DNA of 64,000 nucleotides from Bacilli bacterium (GTDB lineage Bacteria; Bacillota_I; Bacilli_A; RFN20; CAG-449): NCBI GenBank assembly GCA_900755065.1, contig CAAEFC010000006.1, positions 31,828 to 95,827 of the forward strand, read 5' to 3'. Shown piece by piece: positions 10,214 to 18,360 of this stretch (position 1 is its first letter; each line of letters starts with the position of its first letter). The notes under the pieces were generated by a model. It saw only the letters and a program-made list of their open reading frames with translations, ran no database searches and was not told where the DNA came from. The position numbers and the translations under genes were made by a program.

Positions 10214-10335
10214 AATTTTCAGCCGACAAATAAAAACAAAAGAAACAGAAACTTATCGGAACAGGCAACCGCCCTCTACTGCCGTCTTTCATGCGACGAC
10301 GATTCGGAGGGTGATTCCAACAGTATCAAAAACCA
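10211..10335 (+). pseudogene. 5' part of an interrupted large serine recombinase gene (resolvase catalytic motif)
   Basis: MNFQ...ALYCRLSCDDDSEGDSNSIKNQ matches ALYERLSRDDDQVGDSNSIVNQ of the intact recombinase. Similarity stops exactly after ...NQ at 10335. The continuation QKLLLGKYAEEQ... resumes at 22621. Confidence 0.6.
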
Positions 10336-10478
10336 AGTGGTAATATGTAAAGGGTGGTTTCTACCATCTAATACATATGACTGCAGCTCATTTGTGGTGA
10401 ATTGAAAAGCAGTTATAGGAAAGGAGCAGAAAAAGTCTTATAACCGCAACAAATTCAACACAGAAAGGAGCTGTTTTT

Positions 10479-10850
10479 ATGAAATCATTATTTGAGAAAA
10501 TGGGCGGTACATACCGTCAAGAGGGAGAGTATCTTATCCCCAACCTTACTTTGCCGAATGGCAGCGACTATGAAATCGGCAAATATGGGCGTATGCGCCT
10601 CGCTTATCTGAAAGAATACCGAAAAATCCTCTACACCAATTACATTACAGAAGGCACTTTATCAAAGCACCTATCCGAGATCGACCAAGCCTGCAACGAG
10701 CGTATGGAAAATCTCGTTCCCGCTATGGCAAAACAAGAAGGCGCGACCGAAGCACTCAAAGCGGAAGACCAAATGGAGTGGGTGTGCCTTATGAATAGCA
10801 TTCGCAACCGCGCGGAAGAAATCATTTTGCGGGAGGTGGTATTCGTATGA
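10479..10850 (+). CDS. tnpV: TnpV-family transposon protein
   Basis: MKSLFEKMGGTY...GKYGRMRLAYLKEYRKILYTNYITEGTLSKHLSEIDQACNERMENLV is the TnpV pattern of Tn4451-like elements. RBS AGGAG. Confidence 0.65.
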   Translation: MKSLFEKMGGTYRQEGEYLIPNLTLPNGSDYEIGKYGRMRLAYLKEYRKILYTNYITEGTLSKHLSEIDQACNERMENLVPAMAKQEGATEALKAEDQMEWVCLMNSIRNRAEEIILREVVFV

Positions 10851-11128
10851 GGTCTGTTATCAACGAGCTATGGCACGGAAACATCGTTCCGCAAGAGGAT
10901 AGCCGCACCAATTCCAAAGAAATGAAAGAACTTCTCGGCTATATGTCGCGTCATCACGAGGACTTGGAGAAAAGTTTCTCTGATGAGCAGAAAGAAGTAT
11001 TTGAGAAATTCCACGATTGTTGGAGTGAGTATATGAGCTTGGCGGAGGTAGCTATCTTTGCGTATGCTTTCAAGCTTGGTGCAAAAATTACATTTGAAAT
11101 ACTTAATACAGATTTATATAACACTTAA
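10847..11128 (+). CDS. small hypothetical protein translationally coupled to tnpV (ATGA overlap)
   Basis: 93 aa, MRSVINELWHGNIVPQEDSRTNSKEMKELLGYM... The start overlaps the tnpV stop. Confidence 0.45.
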   Translation: MRSVINELWHGNIVPQEDSRTNSKEMKELLGYMSRHHEDLEKSFSDEQKEVFEKFHDCWSEYMSLAEVAIFAYAFKLGAKITFEILNTDLYNT

Positions 11129-11173
11129 TTAAGAAAGCCAAGCGGACAGTAGTTTCTACCATCCGCTTGGCTT

Positions 11174-13177
11174 TTAAGTTAGAATACGCTCGTATTCATC
11201 GACTTTATCAATGATTGCATTTGAATTCTTTTCTATGTATTCAACAACCGAGGAACAACCTTGCAAATCAATTTGATCGCAATACATATTGTTTTCACGA
11301 CAATATTTTGAGCAAGCTGCCGCGTTAACATATTGGTTTGCAATCAGTATAACAACTTTGAATTTTTGCTTTAAGAGTGTAAGTTGAGGTTCAGTAATTT
11401 TGGGCAAGTATGTTGAAACTACATTTGTGAAGCCTAATCCGATCAGTTTGAAATAATCTTCATAGGTGGTTACAATTATCACACTCTTTTTGTTGGATTT
11501 AATTGCTAAATTGTAAGAATAGAGGTTTTGAGAACGTTCAAAGTATTTTGTGTTGGGGTACTTGAACAATTGTTGCTTGTCGGTAATGTAAAAATCGAAG
11601 CAAACAACATTTCCATTTGCGTCAATCGTAGGAATGATAATGCTATTTCTCATTTTATCACAATAGTTACCTTTAGCCGATTGCAATACTAATTTAGCTT
11701 CTTCTAACTGAGTTATCGAATATGACTTTTGCTTTGTCATATAATTCATAAAACTGTTAAAAGAGTTATCGTGAAAGCCTATACCGAGTTGAACGATAGT
11801 TTTTCCTTGTATCCCCCAAGAATGTAAGATATCAATAGCGGAGCTTGCCTTTGCGTTAGTTTTGAGTTGCTCGTGATAATATAGGGCGGCCTCCCGCATC
11901 ACTTTGGAAATATCAACTTGCTCTTTGGGATGTAATTCGATACTTGCCAAAGAAGCCAATTGCGAAACGGCAGTTTTGTAATCTAAAGCTTTGGTTTTCA
12001 TCAAGTATGTAATAACATCTCCCCCGGTAGTACAAGAAAAACAATAAAACGACTTTGTTTCGGGATAGACTACCAAAGCATCACTTGTACCGCAAAAAGG
12101 ACAATGAGCGTGATAATTCTTACCTTTTAAAGTTACATCTTGCTGTGAAGAGATATACTCAACAATATCAATCGTGTTTTTTACTCTGTTAATTACTTCA
12201 GCCGAAATACGCGCAGACGCTTGGGAGTGTGTTGAGCTTGGAGAAACTAATTTCTTTATTGCTAAAGAAACCTTATTTTCATCATTGGCTCCCGAGACGA
12301 TCATTTGAAGCCACAACCCTATTGCAGCATTGCGGCGATAGATTTGAGCAATTGTGTTGATGAAAGCTTCGTCCGATATCTCCAACAAAATGCGTTTGAG
12401 CCATTCTCTATAAGGAATAAACTTTTCTCTTTTATAGCGATATATACCGATAGTAAGTTTTCTCCAAGTGCTTTTTTCTCGTTGTCTAATACGTTCACGG
12501 GTAACATCATATTTCTCGCCAAGATTTTGTAAGGTTATAGCTGATGGGGTCAATATTCTGCTTACGATAATATCCCCGTCGCGTTCTGCCATAAATTCAC
12601 GATTGGAACAAGCATCGGTAAGAAGTTCAATGATCTCATTATAGACTTTGTCAGATAATTCTGTATCCGTCGAGGGAGCAGTAACATACTTTAAGCTGTT
12701 CTCAGCTTTTGTCTTGATTGAAAGCCATTCTTCCAACGCCTCACCTGTTGAACGCACTGTTGAATATTCTTGGTCTGATACGTCGCGAGATGTTCTTTCT
12801 TTTCTTGTCCGTTCCTTGGCAACAAGAGAATCTTTGTTTTCGGCAAAAAACTCATTGCACGACTTGTTGTAGGCAAAATAAGTTTCTGCGTTAGAGGAGG
12901 CGAATTTTTCGCTTTCTTTGCGATTTTTGTATTTTATAAAATACTCACCTTCTTTTCTTGAAACGTAAAGACGATAAAACTCACCGTGTTTACTAATTCC
13001 GATTATTTCGCCGTTGGTGCGAATAATAAAGTCACTGTCCAAATCAAGCATATGGGCGCAAATGGCATTGAACGTATCAATCAACTCTTGATTGTTATTA
13101 AAGAATACAGAAATATGCTCTCCTGCTTCTAACATTGATAACTCAATATTTTGCTTGCTTTTGGACATAGAAAACAC
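11174..13177 (-). CDS. primase-like protein: sigma-70 region-4-like HTH + CHC2 zinc finger + DnaG-type catalytic core + apparently degenerate Toprim
   Basis: LGEKYDVTRERIRQREKSTWRKL (sigma r4-like HTH). HCPFCGTSDALVVYPETKSFYCFSCTTGGDVITYL (CHC2). RNSIIIPTIDANGNVVCFDFY matches the DnaG core motif. The downstream segment VIIVTTYEDY...KVVILIANQYVNAAA has a Toprim-like Glu but ANQ where DxD is expected. RBS AAGGAGG, 9 nt after the helicase stop. Confidence 0.5.
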   Translation of the reverse strand: MFSMSKSKQNIELSMLEAGEHISVFFNNNQELIDTFNAICAHMLDLDSDFIIRTNGEIIGISKHGEFYRLYVSRKEGEYFIKYKNRKESEKFASSNAETYFAYNKSCNEFFAENKDSLVAKERTRKERTSRDVSDQEYSTVRSTGEALEEWLSIKTKAENSLKYVTAPSTDTELSDKVYNEIIELLTDACSNREFMAERDGDIIVSRILTPSAITLQNLGEKYDVTRERIRQREKSTWRKLTIGIYRYKREKFIPYREWLKRILLEISDEAFINTIAQIYRRNAAIGLWLQMIVSGANDENKVSLAIKKLVSPSSTHSQASARISAEVINRVKNTIDIVEYISSQQDVTLKGKNYHAHCPFCGTSDALVVYPETKSFYCFSCTTGGDVITYLMKTKALDYKTAVSQLASLASIELHPKEQVDISKVMREAALYYHEQLKTNAKASSAIDILHSWGIQGKTIVQLGIGFHDNSFNSFMNYMTKQKSYSITQLEEAKLVLQSAKGNYCDKMRNSIIIPTIDANGNVVCFDFYITDKQQLFKYPNTKYFERSQNLYSYNLAIKSNKKSVIIVTTYEDYFKLIGLGFTNVVSTYLPKITEPQLTLLKQKFKVVILIANQYVNAAACSKYCRENNMYCDQIDLQGCSSVVEYIEKNSNAIIDKVDEYERILT

Positions 13178-13186
13178 CTCCTTAGA

Positions 13187-16100
13187 TTAGTCGTTTTCGA
13201 GTTTATTACGTAATTTTACCAACATTTTATCGGTAATGGTTTCGCTATAATGAGTTCCTTCATAAGTCGGATGCAATACGGGATACATTCCTTTTGTTTG
13301 AATAATAAAGTGATTTTCAATCAACCATTCAATGATCACATTCAAATCATCACGATTGACCGCGCTTAACTTCCCATACTCTGCCACTTCATTAAGTTTT
13401 GCTTCTGTAATGCGTTTGCTTTGAGAACCGCGAAGCACATCAATCAACACAGTAATACCGTAAAAACGTTTCTCGCTAATGTGAGAAAGACATTGCAATG
13501 TGATATAGACAATCTCATTAAGATCATTATTTTGATATGCAATGGATTTTACAGTTGCCTTTTGGATGTTAATAGGCTCAGCAGTATTTTCTTGTGGGCG
13601 TGATTTTAGATTATTCTTGGGGGCTTTATTTGATGCTTTTGGGAACTCTTTTGCAGGGGCAGGATCGGGAGATAATTTCAGCATTTCATAATACTGATAC
13701 TGTGCAATCGTTCTTCCGCAACCGGTTCCATCCTTTTTGTAGTTGGTACAACCAAGGAAATAACCGTTTTCTTTGGCGGGTTTGACAATCAGATAGCCAT
13801 CACGGCATTGATCGCACTTCAATATTGAAAGCTTTCCTGCACCATATTCATTGGTCATAAAGCCGCACACCTCGGGTTCATTGGTACAGATATGTAGGCG
13901 TAATCCATATGCGTTTTTATATCTGAACTGCAACGGATAACCACACATAGGACAAGTCTTTTTTGCAAGAGTGTTTTGTGGAGGCTCTTCGTTCCAATTT
14001 CCGCGAAGGACTACATTTTTGTAATCCCTCTTGATTTCAAGCAGAAATTCCGAAGGATTCTGTTCGGGAGCAATGAAGAATACGCGATTCTTCGTTCTTG
14101 TCATTGCAACATAGAACAAACGACGTTCCTCGGCGTAGTCAATCGAGCGATCTCCCTTGATTACAAAAGCCAAAACGGGATCATCTTCAATCTTGGAGGG
14201 GAAGCCATAGGTTTCATTTCTGCCGTTTACAACGATTACGTTATCGTATCCAAGACCTTTTGATGCGTGCGCGGTCATAAACGTAATGTCAAGCTTGGGA
14301 TACTTAACACTCTTTATCTTACTTCCTCGATCAATATACTCGAATAATCCGGATTTCTCTAATTTATCTCCATCAAAGCCAAATCTTCCGAGCAACAGAA
14401 TGGACGAATTTATCGGCTTTCCTTCCTGTTTGTTATACTCCATAATTTGCTCTAAAGCAACCTCAACCGCGTGAGCTATTGCATAGTTTGCTCCACTCTT
14501 GTTATCGGCGTTGGCTTTTTTCAGAGTTCCATCATAAGTGTATATGATGACGGGATCTACGATGTTTTTAGGGGATTTTAGCTCTTTTGTAATTTGAGAG
14601 TCATTCTTTTGAATAAAGTTTCCTGCAATATCAATGACTTCTTGCGAGTTACGATATGTCTTAACTATCTTAAGAAGCTTGGCATATCCCATCTTTTCTT
14701 CAAATTTTGTAAAAAGCGTGATGTCAGAGCCACTGAACGCATATATGGATTGCCAATCGTCACCGACGGCAATTATTTTTGCATCTGTAACCTCTGCGAG
14801 CGCAGTAACCAAATCAAATCTTTGGCGAGAAATATCTTGATACTCATCAACGATTATGTACTTGAAATCAAGTTTTTGTTTCATTTCTTTGACTTCACGA
14901 AGAACACGCGCAGACTCGTTAATCATATCCTCAAAGTCAACAGCATTATTCTCATTCAAGTATCTTTCGTACTCCAAATAACAATCATTACAAATATCCA
15001 AGAACAATCTTGTACGCACGTTTTGCGTAGAGTGGTACATACGGTTAAATTCTTCCGCAGTAAATCCGTTCGTCTTAAAGTTGGTGATAAATCTACAAAT
15101 GAGGTTGACCAATTTGCGGATGTAGCGGTTTTCTTCTGATGCGATCAGCTTTTCCATAACCTCTTTGTTAGAGCGAGGGGTTAAAACGAAGCCTTCGTTT
15201 TCCAATTCTTCTTTTAAGTGCTCCAACAGAGATCTGCGATCAGTGTATTGCGAAAAAGTATATATAAGCGTTGTTCCGTGCTGTTTATGGAGTGTTACTT
15301 TATCGTTGATTGCCTTCTTATATGAAGCAAGCTCGTCCTCACTAAAACGGTCATTTTTGCCGTCTTGTGTTATTCCGAAATGCTCTATGTAGGCAACCTT
15401 ATCTCCTTGACGGATAATAAAGTCGGGAGTATAAGGCTTACGCGCAAGTTGAATATCGTATTTGTAAAGAGGCTCATATTCATAGTCGATATTATTCAAA
15501 TACAAGAAGTTGGCAATCTCTACCTCTTGATTGGAACGCATAACTTCGCTTTGAATGGTTACAGATTTCTTGGCGCGAATATCCATTATCTGTTGCTTAA
15601 ACTCATTCAGATCACTGCGCAGAGTAGCAAAATTGGATTTTGCTATCTTGTTAAAGAAGTTATTGAGGTCATCACCCTCATATGGAGCATCGAAGTAGGA
15701 TGCAAAGAACAGTATCAAATTATTTACAAGGCTTTCGTTCTTCAAAATAGAATTTCTAAAATAATCTTGAAGCACAAAATACAGCTTTGAATTATCAACA
15801 ATGTTTAACTTTTCATCCGTCTGTTTGCGCAAAATAGCGTTTCCGGTAGAGTGGAACGTAGCAATTGGGCAATCAATCTTCAAGTCCTTGTTGAGCTTGT
15901 CCCGAAGTTCTTGAACGGCTTTGTTAGTAAAAGATACTACGAGAATTTGCGAAGGCTGAACGCCTTTTTTCTCAACTAAATATTTAACCTTGGCTGCAAC
16001 GGTCGTGGTCTTTCCCGCGCCCGCACCGGCAATAACCAAGCAGTAATCTTCGTCAGTTAAAATAACACGACGCTGATCTTCATCAAGTTTAATTTGAGGA

Positions 16101-16495
16101 TCGACATCACGAAGAATGTTGTCCAAGTATTTCTTCTCTTCGCTCATAGCACGATTTATATAGGAATCATTATGAGCATCAATCAATTCCTCAAAGTGAC
16201 TATAACACGAAAAGGTCTCTTGAACTTCCTTTTCATCAACTCCGTTAGTCTGACAAAAAGAACCGAGCATACCGCTATTTTCAAGCACAGCAAAATACTC
16301 GACGACCTTCTTTTCGTCAAGCAATCTTGCGCGGTATTCGCTTTTAGGGATATAGCGGTTATCCGATAAAAGCGAATTCATATATGCTTTAAGAGCCAAA
16401 AGTTTTATACATTCAGGATTTTCGATAGTTCGGCTCGTCGGTTCAACAACAATATCAACACTCTTTTTTCTGAAGAGCTTAGATAAGAATCCCAT
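13187..16495 (-). CDS. multi-domain UvrD/Rep-family SF1 helicase with internal endonuclease-like insert, two topoisomerase-type C4 zinc ribbons and a C-terminal RecQ-C (RQC)-like winged helix
   Basis: Walker A AGAGAGKTTT. DEXQ box IIVDEYQD. Motif III GDDWQSIYAFSG. Motif V/VI TAHASKGLGYDNV and YVAMTRTKNRV. Insert YEYEPLYKYDIQLARKPYTPDFIIRQGDKVAYIEHFG (Vsr/DUF559-like PD..E.H pattern). CPMCGYPL...HICTNEPEVCGF and KCDQCRDGYLIV...GCTNYKKDGTGCG (zf-C4_Topoisom-like). YGITVLIDVLRGSQSKRI...YGKLS (RQC-like). Confidence 0.6.
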   Translation of the reverse strand: MGFLSKLFRKKSVDIVVEPTSRTIENPECIKLLALKAYMNSLLSDNRYIPKSEYRARLLDEKKVVEYFAVLENSGMLGSFCQTNGVDEKEVQETFSCYSHFEELIDAHNDSYINRAMSEEKKYLDNILRDVDPQIKLDEDQRRVILTDEDYCLVIAGAGAGKTTTVAAKVKYLVEKKGVQPSQILVVSFTNKAVQELRDKLNKDLKIDCPIATFHSTGNAILRKQTDEKLNIVDNSKLYFVLQDYFRNSILKNESLVNNLILFFASYFDAPYEGDDLNNFFNKIAKSNFATLRSDLNEFKQQIMDIRAKKSVTIQSEVMRSNQEVEIANFLYLNNIDYEYEPLYKYDIQLARKPYTPDFIIRQGDKVAYIEHFGITQDGKNDRFSEDELASYKKAINDKVTLHKQHGTTLIYTFSQYTDRRSLLEHLKEELENEGFVLTPRSNKEVMEKLIASEENRYIRKLVNLICRFITNFKTNGFTAEEFNRMYHSTQNVRTRLFLDICNDCYLEYERYLNENNAVDFEDMINESARVLREVKEMKQKLDFKYIIVDEYQDISRQRFDLVTALAEVTDAKIIAVGDDWQSIYAFSGSDITLFTKFEEKMGYAKLLKIVKTYRNSQEVIDIAGNFIQKNDSQITKELKSPKNIVDPVIIYTYDGTLKKANADNKSGANYAIAHAVEVALEQIMEYNKQEGKPINSSILLLGRFGFDGDKLEKSGLFEYIDRGSKIKSVKYPKLDITFMTAHASKGLGYDNVIVVNGRNETYGFPSKIEDDPVLAFVIKGDRSIDYAEERRLFYVAMTRTKNRVFFIAPEQNPSEFLLEIKRDYKNVVLRGNWNEEPPQNTLAKKTCPMCGYPLQFRYKNAYGLRLHICTNEPEVCGFMTNEYGAGKLSILKCDQCRDGYLIVKPAKENGYFLGCTNYKKDGTGCGRTIAQYQYYEMLKLSPDPAPAKEFPKASNKAPKNNLKSRPQENTAEPINIQKATVKSIAYQNNDLNEIVYITLQCLSHISEKRFYGITVLIDVLRGSQSKRITEAKLNEVAEYGKLSAVNRDDLNVIIEWLIENHFIIQTKGMYPVLHPTYEGTHYSETITDKMLVKLRNKLEND

Positions 16496-16521
16496 AGATA
16501 TGCCTTTCTTCTATTGTAAAA

Positions 16522-16701
16522 TTATTCTGCCGATGTGCCAGACTTAATCCACGCATCTACTTCATCAATTTTGAATTTCCACTGACGTCCTACCTTTTGA
16601 GCAGGCATATTTTTAGTTTCAATCCATTTGAAAACAGTATCGCGACTTACACCAAGATACTCGCATATTTCTTTGAGAGAGTACCATCTATTTGTTATTT
16701 C
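16522..16701 (-). CDS. excisionase-family HTH DNA-binding protein (Xis-like)
   Basis: MEITNRWYSLKEICEYLGVSRDTVFKWIETKNMPAQKVGRQWKFKIDEVDAWI matches the excisionase-family HTH_17 pattern. Start trimmed from track ORF 16522..16752 to the ATG with RBS GAGGTGG. First gene of the minus-strand operon with helicase and primase. Confidence 0.55.
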   Translation of the reverse strand, partial: EITNRWYSLKEICEYLGVSRDTVFKWIETKNMPAQKVGRQWKFKIDEVDAWIKSGTSAE

Positions 16702-16741
16702 CATCCATACCACCTCATCATAAGTCAATAAGATATAAGTA

Positions 16742-16776
16742 TTATAGCACATTCTTATTTGGATTTCAATAGTATA
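16742..16776 (-). promoter_or_regulatory. candidate promoter of the xis-helicase-primase operon (extended -10 TGcTATAAT; TTGAAA 15 nt upstream)
   Basis: Reverse complement reads TTGAAAtccaaataagaaTGcTATAAT, upstream of the xis RBS. Confidence 0.25.
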
Positions 16777-16872
16777 AAGTCGATTTGAGTAGTTTATAAT
16801 CGAGAAAAACTATAAAATTTACGTGTCAAAGCCATTGCATAACAAGTTCAGACAGAAAAAGCTGTGATCTGT

Positions 16873-16899
16873 GCCGTTATGTAACGGCTTTTTCTTTTT
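16873..16899 (+). terminator. rho-independent-terminator-like hairpin (GCCGTTA-tg-TAACGGC + TTTTTCTTTTT)
   Basis: Seen directly. No plus-strand gene lies upstream, so it may belong to a small transcript or insulate the divergent region. Confidence 0.3.
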
Positions 16900-16950
16900 G
16901 CTCGCGGGCGGTATTTTTTGAAAATGGGGGTGCGGTTTTGCCTTTGCCAA

Positions 16951-17688
16951 GGCTACTAAGTAGAGAGCTTTTTATTAAAACGTCTAAGTTTTTCTGCAAA
17001 TCTTACTTTTATATAAGTGGAGAAATCAATTTCCAAGATATACCCCCTAAAAACAGCAGTTTGAGGGCAATAAATGAGGATGTTTTCTTTTAGACCTTAA
17101 CTTTCGCCATTTCCCAAGGCTTCTATATGAGGGGATATTGTAAACATACTTTGAATTTTTGAAAAAGTACCCTACCAAATGGCATTTCCCGTGGCTATTA
17201 AGTGAGGGGCTATATAATTTGAGTTGCTCAAAGTGTTTGTGAAGCGGCATATATAGTGAGAAGCTTTTTCAAGAAGGGGTCAAAAGGTGACACCTTCGTG
17301 TGCTAAAATTCTTTCACGAATGCGACAGTAGGTGTCATATTCACCTGCTAAAATACCCGTGAACAATCTGTAAATTATAGCCTTTTCGATTGCTCAAATG
17401 CTCCCTGAATTCCCTTGTAAAGTGAGGGCAATTATAAACTTTCTGAAAACTTTTGAATTTTATTGCACTTTTTGTGCTTTTTCGCTGGCTACCAATTGAG
17501 GGGATATATGAAATCCTTGGTGTGCTATGAGAAGAAAATCTGTAAACAAATTGTAAAAGATCGCCGTTTGAGGTGGTAAGCACCCCTGTTTTTTCCTTTG
17601 GATAAGTGAGGGGATTAAATCCTTTTTGGAAAATTTCAATATAATTGCCCTTTTTATATCTTCTCGGTGGCTACTACTTGAGGGGATA
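16951..17688. repeat. array of 8-9 degenerate ~20-bp direct repeats with a TGAGGGG core
   Basis: Copies start at ~16951 (ggctactaagtagagagc), ~17058 (gtttgagggcaat), 17118 (ggcttctatatgaggggat), 17193 (gtggctattaagtgaggggct), 17243 (gcggcatatatagtgagaagc), 17411 (cccttgtaaagtgagggcaat), 17484 (gctggctaccaattgaggggat), 17596 (ctttggataagtgaggggat) and 17667 (ggtggctactacttgaggggat). Spacing is irregular (50-170 bp), so this is not a CRISPR array. Confidence 0.5.
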
Positions 17689-18051
17689 AAGCTATCATTC
17701 GTAATTTGAATACTACCCCCATAATGTATTCCGCATATCTGATAACTGCCCCCACAAATTACCGTTCCTTGACAATTTAATAACGCCGTGTGGATATGAC
17801 CGTAGGCGAAGTGTGCCAAGAAAGACGAGAGTCCGAGCGCGCCAATACGGGAAACATCGCAAAGAGCTTGGGATAGGAGAACAGCGCACGGATATAAACC
17901 ATTCGTTACCTCCCGCAAGGTAGCAGATTGTGAGGTCGTTAGCGGCGGGCATACATCAAGTCGAGTAAGCGTCGCAAATCAAAGCGCGTAAGGAGGCGAT
18001 AAATCGCAACGCATCATCGGCTTAATCTCAATTTATTGGAGGAAATGCCTA

Positions 18052-18360
18052 TTGAAACAAACGAAAGACACTATTAAGGAAAACGTCATCACCCGCCGCA
18101 TCGGAAGCACGACCTACAAGCTGAAGGTGCATTTCAGCGAAAACGCAACAGAAACAATGGAGGAGAAAATTTTACGAATGGTTAAAAATGAGTCTTTGAC
18201 AAAAGGCAGACACGTGGAGCTTGAGGAAAGTCCAAGCAAAAGCGTGTGTCTGCCCGCAAATCAAATGGAAACATTTGATTTGCCCATTGAAAAATCTGAA
18301 ATTTGTGGTATAATAGAGTCACCACAAATGAGCCGACAGTCTGAAAGGAGCGCAGTATGA
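18052..18360 (+). CDS. small protein translationally coupled to the serine recombinase (candidate accessory/directionality factor)
   Basis: 102 aa. Its stop overlaps the recombinase start (ATGA). A decayed homologue sits in front of the interrupted recombinase at 9942..10213. Confidence 0.4.
   Translation: MKQTKDTIKENVITRRIGSTTYKLKVHFSENATETMEEKILRMVKNESLTKGRHVELEESPSKSVCLPANQMETFDLPIEKSEICGIIESPQMSRQSERSAV

Noticed and set aside
16951-17688. Possible CRISPR array
   Set aside because: Repeats are degenerate, only ~20 bp, irregularly spaced (50-170 bp), and no cas genes or leader are present.
17700-18050. Looked for a MobQ-type oriT/nic motif in the GC-rich stretch upstream of the small ORF and recombinase
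   Set aside because: No convincing match to known nic consensus could be made by eye, so it is left unannotated.
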